This document shows, piece after piece, positions 1 to 8,518 of a stretch of 14,991 nucleotides of DNA. Every line of letters starts with the position of its first letter. Positions within the stretch are counted from its first letter, which is position 1. This DNA comes from Planctomycetota bacterium (GTDB lineage Bacteria > Planctomycetota > Planctomycetia > Pirellulales > Lacipirellulaceae): assembly GCA_039190745.1 (NCBI GenBank), contig JBCCXZ010000077.1, positions 1 to 14,991 on the forward strand. The letters run 5' to 3'. The notes below the pieces were generated by a model. It ran no database searches. It worked only from the letters and a program-made list of their open reading frames with translations, and was not told the DNA's origin. The position numbers were made by a program, and so were the translations under genes.

Positions 1-122
1 ACAAGATCCAGGAGCTGCGCGACGCCGGGGCGAACGACTTCATGAAGAAGCCGTTCGACGTGGAGGAGCTGATCGGCCGGATCTGTCAGCTGCTGGACGT
101 CGAGGCGACGTCGAACTCCTAG
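1..122 (+). CDS. Response regulator, C-terminal part of receiver (REC) domain (5'-truncated by window edge)
   Basis: Manual translation from base 3 gives KIQELRDAGANDFMKKPFDVEELIGRICQLLDVEATSNS* (TAG at 120-122). 'GANDFMKKPF..EEL' is the typical REC alpha4-beta5-alpha5 motif with conserved K-P-F. It lies directly upstream of a histidine kinase. Not in the ORF track. Confidence 0.85.
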   Translation, partial: KIQELRDAGANDFMKKPFDVEELIGRICQLLDVEATSNS

Positions 123-161
123 CGGCGCCTCGGTCACTCCGCGACCCTGAAGACCCATTCT

Positions 162-950
162 ATGGGAGGCTTCGTCGTGGACGAAAACCTTCGTGAGGCT
201 CTGCTCGACGCGATGAAGGAGCTGGCCTACGGCGCCAGCCACGAGATCAACAACCCGCTGGCGAACATCGCCGCCCGCGCTCAAGCGCTCTCGCGGGACG
301 AGCCGCACCCGGAACGCCGTCGTTCGCTGGAGGCGATCCACCAGCAGGCGATGCGTGCGCACGAGATGATCTCCGACCTGATGCTGTTCGCCCGCCCGCC
401 GGCGTTGGAACTTGCAGAGACAGACCTCCCGGCGATTGCGTTTGAGGCCTGCGAGGAGTTCCGAGAGGAGGCCGATTCACGCGGGATCGAGATCCGGCTC
501 GCCAACCCGGAAGGAGGCTGTCTGCTAACCGCCGACGGCGGGCAGTTGTCGGTCGTCGCTCGCGAGTTGCTGCGGAACGCCGTCGAAGCAGTCGGCGAAG
601 GCGGCGTTATCGACGCGGGGGTCGCGCGCCTGGAAACTCCCGGCGAGCCGGCTCTGGTAGAATTCTCGGTTGTCGACAACGGACCGGGGCTCACCGAGCG
701 TGAGCAGAAGCACCTGTTTGAGCCGTTCTTCTCCGGCCGCGAGGCGGGTCGGGGACTCGGGTTCGGCCTCTCCAAGGCCTGGCGGATCGTTACGGGGCAC
801 GGCGGCACGGTCTCGGTCGAGAACCGCGTAGCAGACGACGGCTCTGCTTGCGGAGTCGTCGCGGTCGTGCGGTTGCCGGTTTCCCCTAACCCGGAGCTAA
901 CCCGCGGCGGACGCGAAGCTCAGACAGTGACCGCCGCTTTCGGCCGGTAG
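162..950 (+). CDS. Soluble histidine kinase (HisKA + HATPase_c) with no sensor domain
   Basis: H-box ASHEINNPLANI, N-box LLRNAVEA, G1 DNGPG, F-box LFEPFFS, G2 GRGLGFGL. Alternative start is GTG at 177, preceded by GGAGG at 165-169. Confidence 0.9.
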   Translation: MGGFVVDENLREALLDAMKELAYGASHEINNPLANIAARAQALSRDEPHPERRRSLEAIHQQAMRAHEMISDLMLFARPPALELAETDLPAIAFEACEEFREEADSRGIEIRLANPEGGCLLTADGGQLSVVARELLRNAVEAVGEGGVIDAGVARLETPGEPALVEFSVVDNGPGLTEREQKHLFEPFFSGREAGRGLGFGLSKAWRIVTGHGGTVSVENRVADDGSACGVVAVVRLPVSPNPELTRGGREAQTVTAAFGR

Positions 951-1756
951 CACGTTGTGCCGCAGTGCTGTTGGCTGTCCCAGGAGTTTCGCAACTCGGT
1001 CAGGGTCTCGGAAGATCCGGTGAACAGCCAGCCGTCGTCGGTCACGATGTCACGCATCCGGGTAAACAGGCTATTGCGGTCTTCTCGCGAGAAGTAGATC
1101 GCGACGTTGCGGCAAAAGATGATGTCAAACGGGCCGAGGCCCATGAAGGTCTCGAGCAGATTGCGAGTGCGGAAGCTGCACATGAGGCGGATGTCGTCGC
1201 TGACGGTCCAGCACTCCTGCTTCTTGACCATATACTTACGGAGGTAGTGGTCGCTCATGCCGCGACTGATCTCGAGTTCCCCGTACTCGGCCGCTTTGGC
1301 CTCTTTGAGGATCGAGAGAGAGATGTCGGTGCCGAGGATCTGGATGTCCCACTGCCGGAAGTCGGGGAGCGTCTCAGCAATGGTCATGGCGATGCTGTAG
1401 GGCTCCTGGCCGGAGCTGGAGGCGGCCGACCAGATGCGGAGCCGCTTCTTGCCGGCCGCGAGCTTGGCGTCGATGATCTCGGGGAGCGCCTTGTGCTTGA
1501 GAGCCTCGAAAGGGGCGTTGTCGCGGAACCAGAGCGTCTCGTTCGTGGTGACGGCGTCGAGGATTACGTCTTTGGGGATCTGCGAAGAGCGGACTTTCCG
1601 GACCAGTTCGCTGTAGCAAGCGCACCCGTGTTCATCGGCGAGCGACTTCAGTCGCGCCTCGATCAGATAGGTCTTCGAGTCGTCCCACACGATGCCGCTG
1701 AGCTCGCTGACGAGTTCGCAGACGGCGTCGATGCCTTGTGCGGTTACCTGGGTCAC
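920..1756 (-). CDS. cheR: Chemotaxis protein-glutamate O-methyltransferase CheR (278 aa)
   Basis: Motifs TTNETLWFRD, RIWSAASSSGQEPYSIAM, ILGTDIS, FDIIFCRNVAIYF, GSSETL. I moved the start from the track's 1939 to GTG at 1756, which overlaps the cheB TGA (GTGA); the extra N-terminal 61 aa would lie inside cheB. Confidence 0.95.
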   Translation of the reverse strand: MTQVTAQGIDAVCELVSELSGIVWDDSKTYLIEARLKSLADEHGCACYSELVRKVRSSQIPKDVILDAVTTNETLWFRDNAPFEALKHKALPEIIDAKLAAGKKRLRIWSAASSSGQEPYSIAMTIAETLPDFRQWDIQILGTDISLSILKEAKAAEYGELEISRGMSDHYLRKYMVKKQECWTVSDDIRLMCSFRTRNLLETFMGLGPFDIIFCRNVAIYFSREDRNSLFTRMRDIVTDDGWLFTGSSETLTELRNSWDSQQHCGTTCYRPKAAVTV

Positions 1757-2853
1757 AGTGCTGCTGCCTCTTGTCGTGCGGTGCTGATCAGGAAGGTTGC
1801 GATGCGCTCTAGCGGGAGGACGCTGTCGGAGAGGCCCGCGTCGTTGACGCTGCGGGGCATGCCGTAAACGACGCAGCTGGCCTCGTCCTGGGTGACGATG
1901 GCGGCGCCCTTGCGTTTGAGGTGCCGGCAACCGATGCACCCGTCGTCGCCCATGCCCGTGAGGACCGCGGCGACTACCTCGTTGCCGTAGTGCCGGGCGA
2001 GCGAGCGGAACAGGTAATCGACCGAAGGCCGGCAGCTGCGCTCGGGCGGGTCGTTGGTGATCTGGATCGAGGGGCCGATCGGCTGGGCGGTCACCCGCAT
2101 GTGCTTGCCGCCGGGGGCGATGTAGACCGTGCCCGGCTTGGCCGACATACCATTTTCTGCTTCGACGACTTGGACCGCGCAGTTATTGTTGAGGTCGTCG
2201 GCGAGGCTCTTCGTGAAGAGCGGCGGCATATGCTGCACGATGAGGACCGGGCACGGGAAATCGCTCGGCAACATCGGCAGCAGCTTCGCGAGTGCGGCGG
2301 GGCCTCCGGTGGAAACACCGATGCCGACAACCTTCGGCCCGCCGATTTTGCGGCGGATGGTCGCGGTCACTTTGTCGACGGCGGCCGGCGTGGCGACCGG
2401 GGCGGCCTTTACGGCGGCGGGACCAAATTTCGGGCGGTCGAGCCTCTCGCGGCAGGCGTTGACGATCGGCGTGAGCACGTCCTTAAGCTGCAGCTCGCTC
2501 TCCCGGGTGCTCCCGGACGTCGGCTTGAGGACAAAGTCGAACGCTCCCAGCCGGAGTGCCGCGTTGGTCGCGCGGGCGCCCTCGGCGGTGAACGCGCTGA
2601 CCATCACGGTGGTGACGCTGTCGCCGCTGTCGGCGAGCCGCTGCAGGACGCCCAACCCGTCGAGCTGGGGCATCTCGACATCGAGCGTCATCAGGTCCGG
2701 CTTGAGTGTGCGGGCCTTCTCGACCCCTTGGACGCCGTCGTTCGCGGAGCCGACGACCTCGACGCCCGGGATGCTGTTCAGCACGCCGGTGAGCACCCTG
2801 CGGTAGAGGGCTGAATCGTCAACAACGAGCACTCTCAGCTTCTTGGCAGCCAT
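1753..2853 (-). CDS. cheB: Chemotaxis response regulator protein-glutamate methylesterase CheB
   Basis: N-terminal REC (VLVVDDS, TLDVEMPQLDG, FVLKP), Ala/Pro linker, and methylesterase triad motifs GVSTGGP, VQHMP, LTGMGDDG, plus RPSVDYLF and VVYGMP. Confidence 0.96.
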   Translation of the reverse strand: MAAKKLRVLVVDDSALYRRVLTGVLNSIPGVEVVGSANDGVQGVEKARTLKPDLMTLDVEMPQLDGLGVLQRLADSGDSVTTVMVSAFTAEGARATNAALRLGAFDFVLKPTSGSTRESELQLKDVLTPIVNACRERLDRPKFGPAAVKAAPVATPAAVDKVTATIRRKIGGPKVVGIGVSTGGPAALAKLLPMLPSDFPCPVLIVQHMPPLFTKSLADDLNNNCAVQVVEAENGMSAKPGTVYIAPGGKHMRVTAQPIGPSIQITNDPPERSCRPSVDYLFRSLARHYGNEVVAAVLTGMGDDGCIGCRHLKRKGAAIVTQDEASCVVYGMPRSVNDAGLSDSVLPLERIATFLISTARQEAAAL

Positions 2854-2898
2854 GACTTGTCTTCCGTCCGAGGCTTGCGAGGTAACAACGCGGGCCCC

Positions 2899-5250
2899 CT
2901 ACACGTGGAACTGCCCAACGAGAGACTGTAGGTCACCCGCCAGTTGCGTGAGCGCCTGCCCCGCAGATTTTGTCTGGGTTGCAGCGGCCGCGGTCTTTTT
3001 CGCCCCGGTGTCGAGTCCGGATATGTTGGTTGTGATTTGCTGGCTCGCGGCTGCAGATTCGTGGATGCCGGTTGCGACGGTTTCGGCCGCGGCTGAAGTC
3101 TCGGCAACCGTGCCCGCGATCTGCTGCGAGGTCGCGCTCTGCTCTTCGACGGCCGCGGCGATCGTCCGCGCGACGGTGTCGACTTTGTGGATGACCGAAG
3201 TGATCTCACGGATCGCCTCGACGGCTTCGGTGGTCGAGCCCTGGATGCCCTCGATCCGCCGGCGGATGTCTTCGGTGGCTCCGGCGGTCTGCTTCGCGAG
3301 CTCTTTGACCTCGGTGGCGACGACCGCGAAGCCCTTGCCGGCCTCTCCGGCCCGGGCCGCCTCGATCGTGGCGTTGAGGGCCAACAGGTTGGTTTGCTCG
3401 GCGATGTCCTGGATCACCTCGATCACTTTGCCGATTTCTTGAGCGGCTTCTCCGAGGCCGCCGACCTTCTCGTTGCTAACCTCCGCCAGGCTGGCGGCTT
3501 CGCTGGCCACCGCTGCAGACTGCTCTGCGTTCTTGGCGATCTCGTGGATCGTGGAGGTCATCTCGTCCGAGGAAGTGGCGACCGTGCGGATGTTGTCCGA
3601 CATCTGGTCGGTGGCCGCGGCCATCTGGCTCATGGTGGCCGCCATCTCTTCCGCAGCGGAGGCGACGGTCGCCGATTGCGTTGTGGTGTCCTCGGCCCCG
3701 TTCGCAAGGTCGTCGGCCGTGGCGCTGAGTTCACCGGAGGCCTGCGTCAGCGAGCCGCTGTTGCGGGCGACCTCGCCGATAATGCCCTGCACTCGCTCGA
3801 CGAAAGCGTTGAACCACTTGGCCATCTCGCCTAGTTCATCCCGCGAAGTTGCTGGGAGCCGTTTGGTGAGGTCGGCCTCGCCAGAGGCGATGTCGCGGAG
3901 GGCCTCGATCGTCTGGTTGACCGGCCTCACAAGCGAACGTGAGAGCAGCAGCGAGGCGGTCGTCAGCACGGCGAGCAGCAGCCCGGCAACGACGGCGATG
4001 CTGCGGAGCAGGCCCGACTCGGCTTCGGCGGCTGCCGATTGGATGTCTTCCAGAGCGGCGAAGGCTTCGTCGGTGTCGATTTTGGCGAGCAGTGCCCAAC
4101 GGAGGCCGAGCAGGTCGACCGGCCCGTAGGCGGTCAGGGCCTCTTGCCCGGCGTAGTCTCCGGCGATCTCGATGCCGCTTTCGCCGGCGAGCGCCTGCTG
4201 GACGAGCGGGCTCTCAACCTTGCCGTCCGCGGGGTTGCGGAACGAGGCGACCAGGCCGTGCAGTTCGGGGTCTTTGTGCGAGTCGGAACGCATCAGGCCT
4301 TCGGGGCCGACGAGGATTGTCTCGCCAGTGGAGCCCAGGCCCTCCCGCAGCGACATTGCCGCGAGGATGCGGTCGACGGGCATCTGGAAGATCGCGACGC
4401 CGAGCTTCTCGTCGCCGTCAAAGATCGGCGAGGCGATGAAACTCGCCGGGGCTTCGTACGAAGGCGTGTACTGCTCGAAGTCGACCAGGACGAAGTCATT
4501 CGGGTCGGTCAGCTGGTTGGCCTCGCGGAAGGCCCGGCCGAAGTTGGTCTTGGCGTAGGGGCCGTCGATCAACGAGGTGGTGTAGTCGAGCTCTTTGAAT
4601 ACCGAGTAGACGATGTCGCCGGTCTGGTCGTCGACGAGGAAGATGTCGTAGTAGCCAAACTTCTCAAGGTAGCTGCGGACGACGGGGTGGATCGTCTGGT
4701 GGAGCAGGTCGTAGTCGGAGCCGCTGCCGTCGGAGTCGAGCAGGTGCTTCGAGCCGAGCGGGTGCTCGTTGGAGCCGATGTAGGCGTCCTGCAGCGCGAG
4801 CGAGTCGCGGTCGAGGCCGGAGGCGAGCGCGGCCACGTCGACATCTTGCCCCGAGTTCTGTGACTTATACTCGACGGCGAACTCGTTGCGGTAGTACTCA
4901 CCGACGCTCCTGCGGGCCGCGTCGAGGCGGAATGCGTCGACGCCGGCTTGTTCGCGGTAGGAGCGGAAGCTCGGCTTGAAGTCGCGCATCGCGTCGACGA
5001 CCATCCGGTTCTCTGAGAAAGTGAGCACCTGGTCGCGGATGCCGGTGAAGTAGTCTTCGATCTGCCGGGTCTTGAGGCTCTGCTGGGCCTTGAGCGCGTC
5101 CGCGATCTTGCTACGCATATCCTCGCTTGAACACTCATTCAATTCGTTGAGCGTGGAGCGGTTGGTGGTGACCGCTACGAGTGTTACGGCCAGGAGGGGC
5201 ACGAGCCCGCAGGCGAGCATGCCGCCGGTGATCTTGGTTCGGATACGCAT
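2899..5250 (-). CDS. Methyl-accepting chemotaxis protein (TM1, large Cache-like periplasmic domain, TM2, HAMP, signalling domain)
   Basis: Hairpin-tip motif [41 protein letters not shown] motif ADLTKRL...[14 protein letters not shown], and two hydrophobic segments flanking ~390 aa containing YYDIFLVD and [23 protein letters not shown] at 5250 (MRIRTKI) is preceded by GAGGA; the track start is 5268 (TTG). Confidence 0.95.
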   Translation of the reverse strand: MRIRTKITGGMLACGLVPLLAVTLVAVTTNRSTLNELNECSSEDMRSKIADALKAQQSLKTRQIEDYFTGIRDQVLTFSENRMVVDAMRDFKPSFRSYREQAGVDAFRLDAARRSVGEYYRNEFAVEYKSQNSGQDVDVAALASGLDRDSLALQDAYIGSNEHPLGSKHLLDSDGSGSDYDLLHQTIHPVVRSYLEKFGYYDIFLVDDQTGDIVYSVFKELDYTTSLIDGPYAKTNFGRAFREANQLTDPNDFVLVDFEQYTPSYEAPASFIASPIFDGDEKLGVAIFQMPVDRILAAMSLREGLGSTGETILVGPEGLMRSDSHKDPELHGLVASFRNPADGKVESPLVQQALAGESGIEIAGDYAGQEALTAYGPVDLLGLRWALLAKIDTDEAFAALEDIQSAAAEAESGLLRSIAVVAGLLLAVLTTASLLLSRSLVRPVNQTIEALRDIASGEADLTKRLPATSRDELGEMAKWFNAFVERVQGIIGEVARNSGSLTQASGELSATADDLANGAEDTTTQSATVASAAEEMAATMSQMAAATDQMSDNIRTVATSSDEMTSTIHEIAKNAEQSAAVASEAASLAEVSNEKVGGLGEAAQEIGKVIEVIQDIAEQTNLLALNATIEAARAGEAGKGFAVVATEVKELAKQTAGATEDIRRRIEGIQGSTTEAVEAIREITSVIHKVDTVARTIAAAVEEQSATSQQIAGTVAETSAAAETVATGIHESAAASQQITTNISGLDTGAKKTAAAATQTKSAGQALTQLAGDLQSLVGQFHV

Positions 5251-5312
5251 GGTTTCCTCATTGCTCAAGTGAGCGGAGCTTCTTGTAAGTTGGTACGGCT
5301 AGTCTTAATTGG

Positions 5313-5783
5313 TCAGTCTTCAACGGCGCCGCGGACGGCTTCGTCGATGTCGAGAATGACGACGATCGACCTTTCCCGCGTCAGCACGCCGGCGAAGAAC
5401 CGGCCGTCGACGCCGTCGACGTTTGCGGGCGTGGAGGAGACCTCTCCCTCCTCCACAGTGAGGATGTCGGAGATCTCATCAACGGCCAGCCCAACGGTCT
5501 CGCCGCCGGAGTAGACGATCATGTTTCGAGAGGCTTTTGTGTCTTCTCGGGTCGGTAGGCCGAGGACGCTGCGGAGGTCGATGACCGTGGCGACTTCCCC
5601 GCGGAGATTGATTACCCCGCGGACCTCGGGCGGTGCGTGCGGCACTTTCGTGACGAGCATCTGCCGGTTGATTTCTCGGACGTGCTCGATGCCGACGCCC
5701 AGGAGCAGATCACCCACCGAGAACGTGGCGAGCTGACGGACGCCTTTGCGGGTCTTTGTCTTCGGCTGTGCGGTAGCTGGCAT
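5313..5783 (-). CDS. cheW: Chemotaxis coupling protein CheW
   Basis: Motifs VREI, TKVPHAPPEVRGVINLRGEVATVIDLR, VGLAVDEISDI; located between cheA and the MCP. Confidence 0.95.
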   Translation of the reverse strand: MPATAQPKTKTRKGVRQLATFSVGDLLLGVGIEHVREINRQMLVTKVPHAPPEVRGVINLRGEVATVIDLRSVLGLPTREDTKASRNMIVYSGGETVGLAVDEISDILTVEEGEVSSTPANVDGVDGRFFAGVLTRERSIVVILDIDEAVRGAVED

Positions 5784-5815
5784 GGTGCTGTGAACCCCTG
5801 TTTGGTCTCGCCGTG

Positions 5816-5843
5816 TTATCGGCTTTAGCTGATCTGCAATTCA
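5816..5843 (-). promoter_or_regulatory. Putative sigma-28 (FliA/SigD) promoter upstream of cheW, overlapping the cheA 3' end
   Basis: Minus strand reads TGAA-N16-GCCGATAA. GCCGATAA (5823-5816) is a perfect match to the sigma-28 -10 consensus, TGAA is 3/4 to TAAA, and the site is ~33 nt upstream of the cheW ATG. Confidence 0.5.
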
Positions 5844-8518
5844 GAGTGGTGTGTGCTGCGGCCCTTGCTGAGCAGGCTGGTGATGGCCTTGAGCAGTTGC
5901 TCTTGGTCCATCTTGATCTGGTACTCGTCGATGCCGACTGCCTTGCCGCGGGCGACGTCCGCCGAGCCGGAGAGCGAGGTGAGGGCCACGATCGGGAGGT
6001 CCCGCCACTGGGAGTCGCGAACGTGCTCGGTGAACTGGAAGCCGTCCATCCGGGGCATCTCGATGTCGGTAACGATCCCGTCGAACTCGTACTCGCCGGA
6101 GGTGAGCGTCTCCCAGGCGTCCTGCCCGTCCTCGCAGCCGACGACCTCGTAGCCGTGCGACTCGAGTGTGTTCCTGACTTGCTGGCGGAAGAAGCTCGAG
6201 TCTTCAGCCAGCAGCAGGCGCTTGCGCGACGCATCGGCGTTGAGCTCTTCTTCGTGCTCGGCGAACCAGGCCGGGTGGGCGATTTGGGCCAGTTCGAACA
6301 TGTTGAGCAGCCGCGTCGGGTGCTTGTCGACCACAAAGGAGCCGATGACGCCTTCCTGCCGGAAGGTGGAGGTGTCGACGTCGGTCGATACGTCGCGGAT
6401 GTCTTGCACTTGGGGGACGATCAGGCCGAGCTCGTGACCGCCGACGCGGAAGACGACGACGTAGAGCCGGTCTGCGGGCTCCGAAGGGGTGGTGGAGACG
6501 TAGTTTTCCAGCCGGATGAGCGGGACGGTAGCGTCGCGGAACTGGAGCAGCTCCTGGCCGCCGACGCTGTCGATCTGCTCGGAGCGTACGCGCTCGATGC
6601 GTGCGACAACCTCCATCGAGAGGGCGAAGTGCTCTTCGGGGTGGTTGGTGAACAGCAGTACGGGCTGGGTTTCGAGGCGGTGGTCTCCGGCGGCAAGATC
6701 GCTGTTGCTGTCGGTGAGGGCCTCGTGATCGTGGATGGACTGCTGAGCCGCGATACCCGCCACGTCGAGGATCAGGGCAACGTGCCCGTCGCCAAGGATC
6801 GTGGCGCCGGAGAGACAGTCGATCGTCTGCAGGTGCTTGCCGAGCGGTTTGACGACGATCTCTTCGGAGTCGTGCAGGGAGTCGACGATGAGGCCGAATT
6901 GTGCCTGGCCGGTTTCCACCACGATGATGTTCATGGCGTGCTCTGCACGCTCTTCGTTGCTAGTCGGCTGCCCCATCGCTCGGTCGAGGCCGATGAGCGG
7001 GAGCAGCTTGCCGCGGAGGCGGAGCACCTCGGCGTTTTTGACGCGCCCGATGCGTTTGTCGACCTCGTTGGCGCGGACGCGGACGAGCTCGGAGATGTTG
7101 ACTTGCGGGATGGCGTAACGCTCGCCGCCGCCGTAGACGATCAGCGAGGGGATGATCGCCAGCGTCAGCGGCAGGGTGATCACGATGTTGGTGCCCTTGC
7201 CCACAACCGACTCAACATCAACCGATCCGCCGAGCTTTGTGATGTTCGTGCGGACGACGTCCATCCCGACGCCGCGGCCGCTGACGTCGGTCACTTTCTC
7301 GGCGGTCGAGAAGCCGGGGTGGAAGATGAGCCGGACCGCGTCGCGCTCGCTGAGTTGGTCGGCCTGCTCGGCGGTGAGGACCCCCTTGGCGACCGCCTTG
7401 GCCTTGAGCTTGCTCGGGTCGATGCCGCCGCCGTCGTCTTCGATCTCGATGCGCACTTTGCCGGCCTGGTAGGAGGCGCGGAGGTTGAGCGTGCCGGTCT
7501 CGGACTTACCGTTGGCGACCCGAACTTCTGGGGTCTCCACGCCGTGGTCGACCGAGTTGCGGACGAGGTGCGTGAGAGGGTCGCCGATGGCTTCGATGAT
7601 GGTCTTATCGATCTCGACTTCCTTGCCCTCAATGACGAGGTCGCAGTGCTTGCCGAGCTGGCCGCTGAGGTCGCGTACGATTCGGGGGAAGCGGCTGAAT
7701 ACGGTGCCGATCTGCTGCATGCGTGTCTGGACGATCGACTCTTGCAGCTCGCTCGTGACCTGGTCGACCCTGGCCGCGATCGCGTCGAGCCCCTGGCGCT
7801 GGTTGCTGGTGATGGCCTGCATGAGCTGGTTGCGGCTGAGCACGAGCTCGCCGGCGAGGTTCATCAGGCGGTCGAGCAACCCGAGCGAGACGCGGATGTT
7901 CGAGTCGACCGGCTTGGACTCCTTTGTGGAAACGGCGGCGGCAGGCTTTGGGGTGGGCGCGGCGGCAGGCGTAGCTGGCTCCTGGACGGGCTCTGCCGGG
8001 GCCTCGGGGACAGTCCCTTGCTCGGCGGCCGCGGGCTGGTCGGACGCCTTCTCGTCAGCGGCTTTCTCGCCAGCTGGTTGCTCGTCGGCCGCCGGGGCTT
8101 CCGCTGGTTGCTCTTCCGGTTCCGACTTCGCCTGACCGCCTTCTGCGATCGCGTCGAGCGCCGTGGTGTGGTCCGAGACGTCGGCGTTTTCGTAGGCGTG
8201 CACGTCGCCGATCATGTTGCGGAGCATGTCCGCGGCGTTGAGCATGGTGTCGACCATCGCGGAGTCGGGCGTCAGCTCCAGGTTGCGGAGTTTGTTGAGC
8301 ACGTTCTCCAGCGCGTGGGCCAGTTCGTTGACGCGTTTCAGGCCAAGGAACCCGGCGCATCCTTTGATCGAATGGACGCCACGGAAGATTTCGTTGACGA
8401 GGTCGACGTCGACTTGGTCGCCCGCTTCCTCGATCGAAAGAAACTGGTTCTCGATGTCCGCCAGGTGCTCACTCGCTTCAACAACGAAGTCGGCGAGTAG
8501 GTCTTCATCCATTGACAT
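5825..8518 (-). CDS. cheA: Hybrid chemotaxis histidine kinase CheA (Hpt, low-complexity linker, dimerisation, HATPase, CheW, CheW, REC), ~897 aa
   Basis: Hpt IFRGVHSIKG, LDRLMNLAGELV, HLVRNSVDHGVE, IEDDGGGID, GFSTAEKVTDVSGRGVGMDVV, LPLTLAI, two CheW-like domains (LRLRGKLLPLI and LQFRDATVPLI), and a C-terminal REC (LLLAEDS, VTDIEMPRMDG, YQIK). Likely start is ATG at 8518 (MSMDEDLL) or 8512, rather than the track's 8563. Confidence 0.96.
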   Translation of the reverse strand: MSMDEDLLADFVVEASEHLADIENQFLSIEEAGDQVDVDLVNEIFRGVHSIKGCAGFLGLKRVNELAHALENVLNKLRNLELTPDSAMVDTMLNAADMLRNMIGDVHAYENADVSDHTTALDAIAEGGQAKSEPEEQPAEAPAADEQPAGEKAADEKASDQPAAAEQGTVPEAPAEPVQEPATPAAAPTPKPAAAVSTKESKPVDSNIRVSLGLLDRLMNLAGELVLSRNQLMQAITSNQRQGLDAIAARVDQVTSELQESIVQTRMQQIGTVFSRFPRIVRDLSGQLGKHCDLVIEGKEVEIDKTIIEAIGDPLTHLVRNSVDHGVETPEVRVANGKSETGTLNLRASYQAGKVRIEIEDDGGGIDPSKLKAKAVAKGVLTAEQADQLSERDAVRLIFHPGFSTAEKVTDVSGRGVGMDVVRTNITKLGGSVDVESVVGKGTNIVITLPLTLAIIPSLIVYGGGERYAIPQVNISELVRVRANEVDKRIGRVKNAEVLRLRGKLLPLIGLDRAMGQPTSNEERAEHAMNIIVVETGQAQFGLIVDSLHDSEEIVVKPLGKHLQTIDCLSGATILGDGHVALILDVAGIAAQQSIHDHEALTDSNSDLAAGDHRLETQPVLLFTNHPEEHFALSMEVVARIERVRSEQIDSVGGQELLQFRDATVPLIRLENYVSTTPSEPADRLYVVVFRVGGHELGLIVPQVQDIRDVSTDVDTSTFRQEGVIGSFVVDKHPTRLLNMFELAQIAHPAWFAEHEEELNADASRKRLLLAEDSSFFRQQVRNTLESHGYEVVGCEDGQDAWETLTSGEYEFDGIVTDIEMPRMDGFQFTEHVRDSQWRDLPIVALTSLSGSADVARGKAVGIDEYQIKMDQEQLLKAITSLLSKGRSTHHSELQIS

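Noticed and set aside
1757..1939. Arg/His-rich N-terminal extension of CheR in the ORF track
   Set aside because: It is an alternate frame of the cheB 3' end. The GTGA overlap at 1753-1756 gives a normal-length CheR.
965..4863. Plus-strand ORFs of 200-300 aa opposite cheR, cheB and the MCP (and similar ones opposite pyrB, the permease and the methyltransferase)
   Set aside because: These are shadow ORFs fully overlapping well-supported genes, with biased composition and no domain signatures.
7915..8135. Repetitive Ala/Pro/Glu-rich stretch in cheA (EQPA...EQPA, AADE...AADE)
   Set aside because: This is an ordinary low-complexity Hpt-kinase linker, not a DNA repeat array or CRISPR.
5813..8500. 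895-aa ORF on the + strand, antisense to cheA
   Set aside because: It is the codon-aligned antisense shadow of cheA. Long open antisense frames are expected at high GC, and it has no recognisable motifs.
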